Below are positions 1 to 12,656 of a stretch of DNA of 64,000 bases, piece after piece. The stretch covers positions 117,058,001 to 117,122,000 of the forward strand of contig NC_045697.1 of the NCBI RefSeq assembly GCF_009834535.1, given 5' to 3'. This stretch comes from Camelus ferus (lineage: Eukaryota). The notes beneath the pieces are model-generated. The model had not been told where the DNA came from. It saw nothing but the letters and a program-made list of their open reading frames with translations, and made no database searches. Both the position numbers and the translations under genes were made by a program. Each line of letters begins with the position of its first letter. Position 1 is the first letter of the stretch.

Positions 1-1699
1 TCCTGGAATCCATCAGAGGCCACATCCACCCGTGCTCAGCTACTCAGAGGTCCCAAGGGCAGCTTTAATCAGGAGTGGCAGACAGCTTGGAATGGCAGTC
101 AGGAGAGGGGAGCTGTCCTTCAGGTCACCTGTATCCCAGAACCCTTTCCTCCTCTACTGGTTCTAATGGGCCCTTCTGGGTGCTAGACTATTTGTATTTC
201 AAAGGCAGATGACTAATAGCCACACAAGAAACATGTATCTGAATGAAATCTTTAAAAACTATCGCCCAGTACTTATTTTAAAAGACAGTAGAATCAGTTG
301 TAGGACTGGAGAGCTTGTACATACAATGCAGAGCTGAAAGGACCTTTAAGAGATTATAGGATAGGGTTTCACGCCCGAATGTATCTCCATGGCTTGAGTA
401 AAACAACTGAGTCAGCGTTTAAATGCATGTTGCTCAGTCTCAGTTTTAAACTCTATTTTCTAGATGTCTTTTTCTCGCCTTTATTTCCTTTTTTATGGAC
501 CTGTATTTTCCCCTATACTTTTTAAATGGTTGGTCATGCAGATTAGTTTACTAAGGAGAACCGCCCCATGAAATTACAAATTTTCAGAAACCAGATGCTT
601 TTCAAAACATGTTTTCAGAAAGAATATTCACTATATAACACATGAGTTACCTAAAAGAAGGCCCCATGTCATCTCATGCTTAATTACCTTATTTTTTTAT
701 TCACCTGGATTTTGAAAATTTCTTAAAAGCTATTTAATATCTCCAGCCAACTGAGCTCTAGATCTGCTCCCTTTCCTAGCTTTGAAACAAAAAGTCTCCA
801 AGGACTCAAGATTTCAGGGACTAGATTAATAAGTGCTTTCAAAGCGAGCATTAGTTTTTCTGACGTGGGTCCCTTTCCTGTGCCTCACTGTGTCTCATCA
901 CCCCTCCCAGCTGCTGCAAATGCAGGGAGCACAGGTTGCATCATTTTTCATGATTCCTCAGACTCCTAGGGCAGCACCAGGGTTGGACTGCTGGCTGGAG
1001 CATACACACGTGGTGCCCTCCATCCTGTGAGCTGGGGCAGGTCAACTTAGCCTTCCTAGGTGTAGGATGTGGCTAGGAATCAGTGGATCGGGAGATGGCT
1101 GTGAAAGTCAAAGACTAGGTGCAGCGTTGGGCATTGATGTTGCCTCTTACTTCTGTGCCAGCTCCCCCGATGGATGCTGAGCAAGAGATGGGATGAATGA
1201 ATACTGGGCTGGCACCCAAAATGCAATGTGTCAATATCTGGAGCTGTATTGTCCCTCGTCTTCAGTTCTCGTTAGTGTGACTAGAAGGTGTGTCCACTTC
1301 AAGCTCTTGGAGTGCGTGTCACTGGCCCTCTGAACCAATGGAAAGGAAACACATTACAATTTATGGGTACCTTAGACTTTAATGCTGTCACCTTAATAGG
1401 GACCCACAATTTTAGAGCTATGTTTACAGTTAAATAAGTCACAACATTGTATCTCAATATCATTACAAAACTGAGAAAATTGCAGTTTCTAGGTTATTGG
1501 TTGGAATAATCTTATGTAACTATACATGCATCTCCAATGACCTCCATGAGCAACTATGTTATTTGGACCCGACCCTGAATGTTCTTGTTTATGAGAACAT
1601 GACTATCTTTGTCTACGACATTTCATTTTGCCTTCCTATTATATATAACCCAGTGAAATTCTAGTTAATAAAGACTGCTTTCTCCCACTCTACATTGTT

Positions 1700-1849
1700 C
1701 TATTTTTATTTCATTTTATTTATTTTTTTTTTGCTGGGGGTAGGTAATTTGGCTATTTATTTGTTTATATTAATGGAGGTACTGGGGATTGAACCTAAGA
1801 CCTTGTGCATGCTAGGCACGCACTCTACCACTGAGCTACACCTTCGTCC
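1700..1849 (-). mobile_element. Camelid tRNA-derived SINE (Vic-1 type)
   Basis: Reverse complement of the tRNA-like head (ACTGGGGATTGAACCTAAGACCTTGTGCATGCTAGGCACGCACTCTACCACTGAGCTACACC), a GGTAATT tail domain and a T-rich tail; homologous to the other copies in the window. Confidence 0.9.
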
Positions 1850-2162
1850 TTTAAACTGTTATTTCATGTCTTTGTAGCCTTGGAAGTCCTAACAGGGCAC
1901 TCACCTCTTTTCATATTCTCCGCTGATGAAGACTTTCCCTTCTAAAGGAACATCTACAGAGGAGGTTTGCAGAGGGAGAGTGAGGGGTAGTGAGCATGGA
2001 GGAGGAGGTGTCTACCTCATAGGCATAGCAGCAGATCAGTTCCAGCAGTTAGCTGGTTCCCACTGCTGGAGTCAGGTTGACCTCTCACTCCACTGAAGAC
2101 CTTCCTTCAGATGAACTCCCTTACTAGACAGATACCAGTGTATTCCAGAATTGTGACAAGAC

Positions 2163-3082
2163 TGTGTTACTTAGGGTAATTCTAGCTGCTGTAGCAAAGA
2201 GCTTGAGTCTGTAATAAGGATAGCAGTGCTTTCTGGACTGAAGAGTAGAAGAATTCATTTATTGCTCACTTAGTCTCAAGCAGGTGTTCTTGGTTAGCGG
2301 GTGACACTCTTCCAGTTGGTGATTCTCAGAGAGATGCTTCTTCCATCTCATGGCTTGACTTTCCCACAGACCCTGGTGTCATTTGCCACCAACCAAGAGG
2401 AGGAAGAAATCATGAAAGAAAGAATGCTTGTACCTTTCAGCTTCGGCAAGGAAGTGATACAGGTCACTTCCACTCACATTCCATTGGCAACAAGTCACAT
2501 GTGGGAAGTGTGGCTCCTGGTTTGACAACTAATTTCCAAGCAAAAACTATAGAGCAGGAACTCTTCGTTTTGATGTGCTTCTCTTTACTCCACTTTGCAG
2601 ATGTTGCAATTTCTACAAATCGAAGGTTTATGGCAACCTTGACCCATGTAAGTCTATTGGCACCATTTTTTTCAACAGCTTGTGCTCACCTCCTGTCTCT
2701 GTGCTACATTTTGGTAGTTTTCACAATACTTCAAACTTTTTTATTATTATTATATATTTATTATGGAGATCTGTGTTCAGTGGTCTTTGATGTCACTGCT
2801 TTGACTCACTGAAGGGTCAGTCAGGGTTAGCATTTCTTTAGCAATAAATAAATATTTTTTAATTAAGGCATGTACATACCTTAGACATGATGCTACCGCA
2901 CACTTGATAGACTCCAGCCTAGTGTAGACATCACTTTTATATGCATGGGAAACCAAGATTTTATGTGCCTCCATTGCGTTATTGCGGTGGTCTGGAACTG
3001 AGTTCACACTATCTCCAAGGTCTGCTTGTACCATAAAAGAGAAAAAACAGGTGCTGACAGACAGCTAGCAGGCTGTAACTCA
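2163..3082 (-). mobile_element. ERVL-MaLR LTR (MLT1K-like), split by a Tigger1-derived element
   Basis: MLT1-type motifs TAGCTGCTGTAGCAAA and CACTTCCACTCACATTCCATTGGC...GTCACATG; resumes after 3030 with GACAGCTAGC. Confidence 0.7.
2555..3028 (+). mobile_element. Non-autonomous Tigger1 deletion derivative (Tigger1a-like, TcMar DNA transposon)
   Basis: Tigger1 5' end (ACAAATCGAAGGTTTATGGCAACC...AAGTCTATTGGCACCATTTTTTCAACAGC) joined to its 3' end (TTATTGCGGTGGTCTGGAACTGAG...ATCTCCAAGGTCTGCTTG), followed by TA. Confidence 0.85.
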
Positions 3083-4430
3083 GTCAAAATTAACTGTGGT
3101 CAGCAGCATTAGACCATAAGTTTTTTTAGTGTTCTTTTAAATTATGATTATCCAATTCTCAGGTTAAAAAAAAAAAACACTGACAATGAGAATAACTTCC
3201 ATGTACATGCCATGACTTTCTATTGTAACTTTATGTTCAAAATAAATTATTGATCTACAGAATAATTATTTTCATTTGCCAACGCATGTGTGTTTTTCAC
3301 ATAGCTTTCATGCCTCAGAAACACTGAAGTCCACAGTCAAAATGGTGAAAAAACAACAGAGAAAAAATCGACACATTCCCTAATTAACTTTAAATATAAA
3401 TGACTTCAATTTTATTCTGATGGTGGCTGGGTATATGGATCTAAAGGCAGAATCAAATTCCAGATTCATTTTATAAAAAGCAGCTTTTTAAATAGGTGTC
3501 GAGGAGACCCTAAAGATGGAAATACTCAATGTTTGTCAATTTCTATTGATGTTGGTTTTCATGGTCAAATAAAGGTACTGCAAATGTCATGATTGTAGCT
3601 TATTTCACAATGTCACATGAGGAATATAACTGGTTAATTTTTGGCAATTTTTGCATGAATGAAGTTTTGATTTTGTGAGTTCATATATATCTTCTTTAAG
3701 GAATAGCTCTTCCCAGTCCCACAAAAGGCTATGTCAACTTCACGAAGTTTTAAGATGCTTGGGAGATTAAATATTGTATTTGGAACAAGCACGTCTATTT
3801 TAAAAGCTCTACAACGAAATAAAGAGAACATACTTCCTCTTTTTCCTCCCTTAATTCCCACTATGATCTTTCTGCTTTGAATGTTTTAAATCTAGTATTT
3901 AATCCTACTTTGCATTCTCGTAAGTTTTATGGTAACGTTCCATATTTAGTTAGGTTACTGTGGTGTCGATGAATTGATTGCAAGACTCTAATATGGAAAT
4001 GTGTTATTTGCATATGAGAAATAAAAAGCAATCTTGAACTTTTAACAGAATTTTAAATCTCCTTTACTTATGTTCTAGTCCTCCTATTCATCTCTAATGA
4101 GAGAAGAATTCTTTTTGGCTAACAGAGATCTTGTTGCTTGAGGAAAGGACATGCTTATGCTGCGATTATTGAACGTGGATCAAACAATTAAATGAAAAAT
4201 ACATTTGATTGAGATTTTGAAGCAGTTGGGGATTTGCAGCATGCTATCCTTTGAACATTCTTGAATTTAAGGACCTAAGGTTGGTACGTAAAAAGGGATG
4301 ACAACAGAGTGATCCTCAAAATATTTCTGTATGTGAGGAAAGAAGAAGCAATAACATGAAGGTCGTATGGATGCTTTTGATGTCCTTTGACATTTCCCCA
4401 AATATTAAGAAGGTCAAGAACATTAGAACA

Positions 4431-4578
4431 GAGAGGGCAGGTTATAGGTCAGGGGTAGAGTGCATGCTTAGAATACATGAGGTCCTGGGTTCAATCCCCC
4501 CTACCTCTATTAAAAAAATTAAATAAAACAAACTTACTTACCTCACCCCCTAAAAAAAAGAACAAAAAAAGGGGGGTG
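4431..4578 (+). mobile_element. Camelid Vic-1-type SINE
   Basis: Head GGTAGAGTGCATGCTTAG...GGTCCTGGGTTCAATCCCC and A-rich tail; TSD-like CATTAGAACA (4421-4430) / CATCAGAACA (4579-4588). Confidence 0.9.
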
Positions 4579-4683
4579 CATCAGAACAAAGGCTGTTATT
4601 TATTTTCAGAGTTTTAACAGCATGATTGAAGCAGTCACAGAACTCAGGCATCGGAACTAAAGACAACTTTTTGTCAAATGAAC

Positions 4684-5229
4684 TTTTTTTTTTTTTTTAA
4701 ATTGAGTTATAGTCAGTTTACAATGTTGTGTCAAATTCCAGTGTAGAGCACAAGTTCTCAGTTATACATGAACATACATATATTCATTGTCACATTCTTT
4801 TTCGCTGTGAGCTACCACAAGATCTTGTATATATTTCCCTGTGCTATACAGTATAATCTTGTTTATCTATTCTACATATGCCTGTCAGTATCTACAAATT
4901 TTGAACCCCCAGTCTGTCCCTTCCCACTCCCCTCTCCTGGCAACCGCAAGTTTGTATTCTCGTCTATGAGTCTGTTTCTGTTTTGTTTTCTGGCTTACTT
5001 CACTTAGAATGACATTTTCCAGGGATATCCATAAAAATGACAACATAACACTGCAAATGGCGTTATGTTGTCATTGTTATGGCTGAATAGTGTTCCATTG
5101 TATAAATATACCACAACTTCTTTATCCAGTCATTTGTTGATGGACATTTAGGCTGTTTTGATGCTTTGGCTGTTGTAAATACTGCTGCTATGAACATTGG
5201 GGTGCAGGTGTCTTTTTGAAGTAGGGTTC
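4684..5229 (-). mobile_element. 5'-truncated lineage-specific L1 3' end with poly(A)
   Basis: T-run, then TTGAGTTATAGTCAGTTTACAATGTTGTG, and the L1 ORF2-end motif GATGGACATTTAGGCTG...GCTATGAACATTGGGGTGCA. Confidence 0.9.
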
Positions 5230-5904
5230 ATTAACAAGATTTACTAGCTAGGTCATAACTTTTGCGAGATTCCTCCCATCATAAGTCCCCAAACTTTGCC
5301 TTACACCTCTTTAGCTCCAAGAAAATTATACATCCTTGAGCAAAAGTGCTATTTTTGGTCAAATACAGTAAAGGTGATATACTGATAAGGAAGAAGAAGT
5401 GTCAGCTTCACCGTGTGCACTGTGGAGGACAGCAAACTTTTCCAAAATTACAGATCATTTGAAATCTGCACAGAGTTATCAATCCAGGCTTCCTCTGCAT
5501 GGGAAGCTCCTTGGCCTTCTGGAATCCTGAAAGATGTTGAAAGTACAGAGATAGTTTTTGTTTATGCTGTTAATGAGGATTCTTTTATCAGCCTCTCTTT
5601 TCCAAATGAGGGAATGAAGGTGGGGAGATCTTGGGAAATTATGAAAGGGCACTGGGCTAGTAGGTACAGATACTGGGTCGTGACTCAAAGCCCGGGTCCT
5701 ATTTGCCTCTTTGAGGTGATGCTCCGTGTTTTCTGCCTGGAAGATCAGTTCAGGGCGTACAGGGACTGATCAATACTCTCTTTCCACCCATAGTGTCAAT
5801 TAAAAATTAACTTCTTTTAATTGACTCCTGATAAAAATGCAGATCACCTACTCGAGTCATATTTTGGGAATTGATGTGTCAAGTGTAGATGACTTGAATC
5901 ATTA

Positions 5905-6090
5905 GTCACAGGGCCTTAGAGATCAGTGTCTCTATCCAGTGCAACAGTGCCCTCTACAACTTCCTTGATTAAGAGGGGCCTTTTAGACACTTTCAGAAAT
6001 TTTGACCATAACAAGTAGCCCTGCCTGGTCTCATTTTAGATAATAATCCCTTTATTTGAGCCAATTCTGCTTTCTTAAAAACTTTCTGTC
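5905..6090. mobile_element. Possible CR1/L3 LINE fragment
   Basis: GGGCCTTAGAGATCA...CCCTCTACAAC...CCCTTTATTTGAGCCAATTCTGC resembles the decayed L3 3' region. Confidence 0.35.
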
Positions 6091-6204
6091 TTTCAGGTAA
6101 ATCAATGTAGTATTTAAAGAACAAAACTTTGGGGTCAGATGGCCATGAACCCCCTTCCTAGCTTGCAAACTCCTTGCTTAAAATTTAAATGAATGCTTCT
6201 GAGA

Positions 6205-6535
6205 ATAAGTGTCCAAATGGCCCTCCTTCCAGGAATTCAGACAGAGGAGGATCAATCAGCTTTCCCACTGGCATCTGAGGTCACTCTGAGGGTCATCGAT
6301 TTTCCACTTAGCCAGACATTGGGACGATCAGGGTCATCAAAGGGCATGTGTGAGTCACTCTTATCGGCCATGCCCAGAAGTGGAGTGTGACACTTTCAGT
6401 ACAAGGTCATTGGCTGGACCTTAGTCATGTGGCTACATCTAATAACAGAAAAGGCTGGAAATAAAATCTAGACATGTGAACAGAAAAGACAAGTATGTTG
6501 TGGAATTTGGTAGTCAGTGAGCAATGTCTACTGTA
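6205..6535 (-). mobile_element. ERVL-MaLR LTR (MLT1K/L-like)
   Basis: CATTGGCTGGACCTTAGTCATGTGGCTACATCTAA...GGCTGGAAATAAAATCTAG motif. Confidence 0.65.
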
Positions 6536-6854
6536 AAGAAATCTTGCTGTTGTTTCTTTTTTTTAAAGCATGTTTGGTTATAAAATTAACACAAAAATAT
6601 AGTCTCTTCAAGAATAATCAAAATATTGCAGATAAATGTTAAAGTTTGCTTTGATCATTACTAAAATCTCTTCTAGTCTTCCTCGGGGCATAACTGCAGC
6701 AAAACGTTTTAATTGTCGATTGTCACACATTCAGTTCTTTTTAGTAGAAGAGACACAATCACTGGGAATCTAGGTCGAAGGAAGTATGCAGTAGCTTGTG
6801 TAACAGTCACAGTTGCAGAACGCTCACTCCACGTATCCACTCTTGGGAGAGCCT

Positions 6855-6985
6855 GGCACATCGTTTCATCAGAACAATCTGCTAGGCAGGGATCACTGTT
6901 ACTATCCTTATTTTGCAGATGAACAAACTGAGGCACAGGAAGCTTAGTAAAGTGTTCAAGCTCACTGAATAACTAATGCCTTACA
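6855..6985 (-). mobile_element. MIR SINE
   Basis: MIR core ATTTTGCAGATGAACAAACTGAGGCACAG. Confidence 0.8.
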
Positions 6986-7134
6986 GCTCTGACATTGAAC
7001 TGGGTACTGGTTTCCTCCAGAGTGTGTACTTTTCCAGGGTTTCTCACTGCTTCTGCCAGAAACGGTACAGGATGAACTCCAGTCACGCGGGATTAATAAA
7101 GGGGGTATGATCCTCCCATTGTCAAAAAATAGAA

Positions 7135-9110
7135 AACCTGACAAAACGTGGAGTAATTGTTTGCAGACATGGGAAAATCAGCAATGCAGGTACGAGGTCC
7201 TTAAGAGAAAGTAAACACATGAGCTCAGTCTTAACACTGCCTTAGGTTGCCGGCTAGAGGCAGTTTTTCTACTGACACAGACAAAGGGAGTCCAAACACA
7301 GCCTGCACATCTCATGAGCTGTATGAAATGTAGATCAGAGTGTGGGGAGGCTGAGCAGTTAAGATTGATGGGGCAGAGAGAGCTACCAACAGAAGGATTT
7401 CCAGGCATTGTCATGGCCAGTTCTGCTGAGTCTTTGAGTACCAATCTATGCACATGTGTAGGGTGCAACCTCAAAAAATAGTTCCAGAGACAGACAGATT
7501 ACCAGAGACCATTAGAGAGAAAATTGTCCTGAGATCTTATACGACTGAGAATCTTTCCTGTTTCCACCAGCCAGAATGGAAAGGCATCGCTGGGTACATG
7601 GACGGTTTTAGCACAGACTCCCAAAAGATCTGCCTTATCAGGGCTGAACAAGTCAAAAGGAATACTGGAGATCTTCCCTTTAAAAATATTTTAAATAATC
7701 AGTTCAAAGAGAAAGCAAATAGTAACATGTTGACTATAAGCCCAGTGATATCAGATCATACGTGAAGTCTGACTGGAATGAATACTCCAATTAAAGGGGA
7801 AAAACAAACAGCAGCAAAAAATAAACTTCTAAGAGACAAAAACAGATCTGTTAAGACACTTTATTGCCCGCCAGAGCAAAATCCCAAACCGTTTGAAAGA
7901 ATAAACACAATCTAACATTTGGTAGCATAATATTTACAAGGGCAACATGCTATCCAAAAATTACTAGACTTTTAACGGAGGAAGAAAATGTGGCCCAAAA
8001 TTATAAGAAAATATTCAATTTATAGAAACAGAAAAAGAAATGACAGAGATGATGTAATTTGTAATGAAGAACATTAAAACTGTTGTTGTGAATATTCAAT
8101 TTGCTCAAAGGCTTATAGGAAAAAACAAACAGTGAGGAGAAGAAACACAAATACAAAAAAGAAACAAACAATTTTTGAGTCAAAAGTCACCATCTGAAGT
8201 AAAAATTTGAGTGGCTGAAATTAACTGCTAATTGAAGACCGTGGAGGGGAAAAAGATTCTTAAACTCGAAGACAGCAATAAAAACCATCCAAAATGAAGA
8301 GAACAGGGTAAAATAAAGACTAAGAATAGATTAACAGAGCCTTAGCACCTTCTGGGAAAACATAAAACAATCTAATAAAAATGTAATAGAAGGAAAAGTT
8401 ACAGGAAAAAATTACTTGAAGAAATAATAAATAAACGATTTCCAAATTTGATGAAAACTGTAAACCTACTGATGCAAAACGTAATGAATTACAAGCAGTA
8501 TAAATATAAATCGAACAATACCAAGGCCTATTAAAATCAACTTGCCATGTACAAATGAGATAGAGAAATCTTAAAGTCAGCCGGAGAAAAATTATATTAG
8601 TGTAGAGAAATGCATATAAATATAACGGATTTCCCATCAGGGACTATGCAACCCAGAAAACAGGGAGATGGGTCTTTGAAGTACTAAAAAAAAAATACTA
8701 AAAAACGTGTCAATTTAATAATATGAAGTGAAAATATCTTTCCAAAAATTAAGGAGAAATAAAGACTTTTTCAGAGAAAATTTTCAGAGAAATCAAAGCT
8801 GAAAGAAATCATTATTAGCATATCTTCACTACAAGGATTGCTAAAGCAAGTTCTTCAGTCACAAAGAATATGGTACCGGATAGAAATTTGGATCTACACA
8901 AAGAAATGTAGAACTCCAAAAATAGTTGAAACAAAGATGAATATGAAAGTCATTTTTAATTATTTTTATATGCTCATAAAGATCAATTTTTCAAAAGCAA
9001 AAAAAAGTAGCCATGCATTTTGAGCTTATAAAATGCATAAAAGTGGAATTTATAACTAAAATAACATAAAATGCAGATGAAACCACATTGTTACACTATT
9101 TCGAATGGCT
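7135..9110 (+). mobile_element. Old L1 (L1MC/MD/ME class) 5' region and decayed ORF1
   Basis: A-rich L1 ORF1-like sequence (GAAGAAATAATAA...TTTCCAAATTTGATGAAAACTGTAAACC; AAAGACTTTTTCAGA...AAGCTGAAAGAA); its 5' part resembles the element starting near 52570. Confidence 0.75.
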
Positions 9111-9224
9111 CACATTTTAAGGTAATGACTTGAAAATACATCAAAGATGATGGAATGTGTGGTATTTCCCATATAGGGTTACGTGGTGATAATGCCGAAG
9201 GTTGCAGTGCCCAAAGATCAGTTT

Positions 9225-9337
9225 AAGCCACGCCTCTTGGACTTTTGACCTTCAGAAACTACAAGAAAATAAATGAATGTTATTTCAACTGCTAAATTTG
9301 TAGTCAAGTTGTAACACAGTGATAGGTAACTAATGCA
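9225..9337 (+). mobile_element. MLT1-family LTR 3' end
   Basis: GGACTTTTGACCTTCAGAAACTACAAGAAAATAAATG...CAGTGATAGGTAACTAATGCA. Confidence 0.7.
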
Positions 9338-9439
9338 GGTTTGGGAACAAGGAGCAAGCAAGTTACAGATCACCCCTACCGTCACTTGGAGCTGTCAGAC
9401 CTTGTTGGTGAGCATGGAAAATGGTCCAATCATTATGGG

Positions 9440-9905
9440 AAACATTCTATTCTTAGTAGAAACATGCAAAGATATACTGCACAGTCTTGCACACAACCAG
9501 ACGTCCATTAACAGCTGATTGATGGATAAATAAATATGGCGTATCTTGTGGAACACTGCACACAAGAACACCGAGTGGACTACCAACACACGAGATAAAA
9601 GCGTTACACTGAGTGAAAGAAGCCAGTCACAAAATGTGTGACTCCATTTATGAAAGGCTGTAGAAAAAAAGGTTAATCTTTTGTACCAGAAAACAGTTCA
9701 GCGGTTGCCTGGATCCTGGAGTGGAAATTGTAGTCTACAAAGGAACAAAAGAAAACATTTTGAAGTGATAAAATATTCTATTATCTCGATGGCTGCAGTG
9801 GTGAAACCACTATAATCATTTTTAAAATTGATCAAACTCTCCACTAAAAATAGATGCATTTCATACATGGAAATTGTACATCAATAAATTTAATATTAAA
9901 AAGAA
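9440..9905 (+). mobile_element. L1ME-type 3' end
   Basis: CTGAGTGAAAGAAGCCAGTCACAAAA, GATGCATTTCATACATGGAAATTGTACATCAATAAA. Confidence 0.75.
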
Positions 9906-11490
9906 GGGAAAACTAGATGAAAGTCAGAAGGCTTCTATGATAGGTTTTGAGTTGCCATTTCCTCTTAGAAAAACCTTGGAAAATTTCTCAAACACTAAGC
10001 CTTGTCAACAGAATGAGGGTAGGGAGGATTTTCTCACCTAGCACTTAAGATGAATTAATTGGCATTATAAAGGTAATTTAAATTGTCAAGTCTTGTAAAA
10101 ATCTAGTTTTTATTATTTCTTCCTCCATTTTCCTGGCCCTCAAATCACTCTTACAGCTTCTGAACTGAGTCAAGAATGTATTCTATTAGAGAAAAAGTAA
10201 ATCTGGTTTCTCTATATTTCTGGACATCCTCCAAAACAGGTTTACATATACAAACAAACTTGTGAAATCTGAGATGCATAATAAGCAGATGTATGTTTTG
10301 AGAATCAGAAACATGGACTTTGAAGTCAGTTGATTTATTCAGCTTTTGAATTCTCTCACTTATATGCTGCTGTGATTTACAATGGCGTTAGCAGAAAGAG
10401 AATTTTTAGCAATATACTTGAGTATTTTTCTCTTTTACTTCACAATAAAAGAACTGGTAATTAATCAATTCAAAAATGAGATATAAACATCATGTTTAGA
10501 GTTGCTGAAATAAACAAGCGAACCGTGGCCACAGCAGGCATGATGCAAAATGTGATCAGAGGCAAGTGTGGACCTATTTCTATTGCTTTGTTTCATTTTG
10601 TTTCGAGCTTGGTAAGTGTGTCGTGTGCACATCGTGATGTGAAGCTGAGGAAGAAAGCATCAGCAGAACTTTGTGGAAGGCAGGGAGTGGATGTAGGATA
10701 GTGGCTGGGTTCTCAGCAAACAGCCCTCATTGTCCTATTACCCAAGGTGAGCCTCATACATCATTTGGAAAGGGTCCCGGTAGCTGTCTTATAGTTGAAG
10801 AGGGTCACATTCGGACAAGGGTCTCAGGACTTCTATTAAGTTCCCGGATGTCTTGGCAATAGCTTTCACACAACCACAGCTGTTGCTAACCTTCACCTAA
10901 TTTTATGAGTCTAGACATTGGGATGGAATAGTATCCATGGACCCTAAACTGCTTCCTCTGTTCCGTCAGGTATGAGTGCACTGCCTCTCCTCTGCCAGGT
11001 CTGCATTTGATGGCTTCCAGGAACCACTGTCTGAGAGTGAGATCATCCCTGAACAGCCACCACCAGAGGACGGTGAGAGACTTACAGCAGCCTGACAGCT
11101 ATTCTTTCCTGTTCTGTGTTAGGATTACACGGGGAATGCCTGCAGCTCTAAATGTATGTCTAGTGAAATGAAGTTCATGGACCTCTTCTATTTCCTCCAG
11201 TGACCCCTAATTAAGATTTTGTTGGAAATCAATAAATCCAAAAATAAATATGGAACTCTTAACACATTACATCATCAATATTACAGCAAAGAAATTGTGA
11301 TTATAGAGACAAGAAAAGTAAAACTTGTAGTTTGGGGTTCCAGATAATGACTACTTCACAGCATTTCCTGAAACCAACAAACAGCACTTCAAGAGCTCAG
11401 AGAGTCTGTGGGACTGAGTATCTTCCACCTGTGGCCCTACACTTTACCTATACCTCTGTCACTGTTACACACACCAAGTCTTCTTGATGA

Positions 11491-11597
11491 GGGGGGAGGG
11501 TATAGCTCAGTGGTGGAGCACGTGCTTAGGGTGTGTGAAATCCTGGGTTCAATACCCAGTGCCTTCACTTAAAAAAATATATATATTTTAAATACTG
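11491..11597 (+). mobile_element. Camelid Vic-1-type SINE, short form, with long TSD
   Basis: GGGGGGAGGGTATAGCTCAGTGGTGGAGCACGTGCTTAG...CCTGGGTTCAATACCCAGT; flanked by CACACACCAAGTCTTCTTGATGA / CACATACCAAGTCTTCTTGATGA. Confidence 0.92.
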
Positions 11598-12176
11598 CAC
11601 ATACCAAGTCTTCTTGATGAAAAATGTCCTACTAGAGAATAGTTTGAAGTTTCATCATAGAGGAAGCCAAGATAAAATTTGTGTGGAGAAATTTCCTTGA
11701 AAGTTAGTTGTATGAGATTGGTGGGCAGCATAGTATAGTAAAAGCAAAAACCTGGAGCAAAGGGAAAAACACAGCTTCTAGTTTTAAGTCTCCATAAACT
11801 GGCTTATTGACATTTAGTTTGGATTGACTTCTCCCCAACAAGATACAAGGATGATCTGTAACAGCTTTGAAGCCTGTATCACAGGAGTTTGTAAATGACA
11901 AGTCCCATGTCTGTAAATCTACCTGAAGATATATATACACACACACATATTTATATATCTCAAGGGTTCCTAAAAGTAAATGTTAATAAAAATAAACCAT
12001 GTCAAATCTAAGCCTTATTGATACCTTTTTTGGTAAATGACACTACTATCCATGTCGTCATCCATCCAAATCCAGCCATACCTACCATACCAGACGGTAT
12101 GGGGATCCTGCCTAATCCCATACCCACTTTTAAAATCCACTTTAATTGTATTTTGGCAAAGCCACAGTGAGAATCT

Positions 12177-12656
12177 TATAACTGAGTAGGACCCTGTGAG
12201 GCCTTCCCAGGACAGACCCCCCTCCCCCGTGTCCTCTGCTGTAGCTCCTCTCTGAAGTACCCAGATAATAGTATCGCATGTCTATTTCCTAAGTGTTACA
12301 GATGCTAAAATCCACCACCAAAGGGAAGAAATCAGCTACTTGATGATGGAGAGCACGTGGCTCCCAGACTTTCCAGCGCCTAGGGGTTGATAGCGTTGAC
12401 CCCACTGTTACCTCATCCTCAACCAATCAGGGGATTGTGCACGAGCTGATCATGGACCTCACCACACCCTCTCCCTCACCTGCCTTTAAATATACTTTGC
12501 TGAAATCCTTCGGGGAGTTCGGGGTTTTCTTGGGCATAAGCCACCCTGTTCTCCTTGCTGGGCCTTGTGATAAACTTTTCTCTTCTCCAAACTCTGACAT
12601 TTTTGGTTTCTTTGGCCTCAGGGTGCATTGGGCACACAAACTTGGGTTCAGTAAAA
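12177..12656 (+). mobile_element. ERV1-class solo LTR
   Basis: 4-bp TSD ATCT (12173-12176 / 12657-12660); CCAAT box, TTTAAA TATA-like box and GATAAA polyA-like signal; decayed TG...CA termini. Confidence 0.82.

Noticed and set aside
980..2160. Possible very old LTR remnants (TATATAA and AATAAAG at ~1642-1673; TGTGACA end at ~2158)
   Set aside because: Too decayed to assign a family or boundaries by eye
11491..11565. tRNA-like sequence with A and B boxes
   Set aside because: SINE head with an A-rich tail and TSD, present in seven diverged copies; not a tRNA gene
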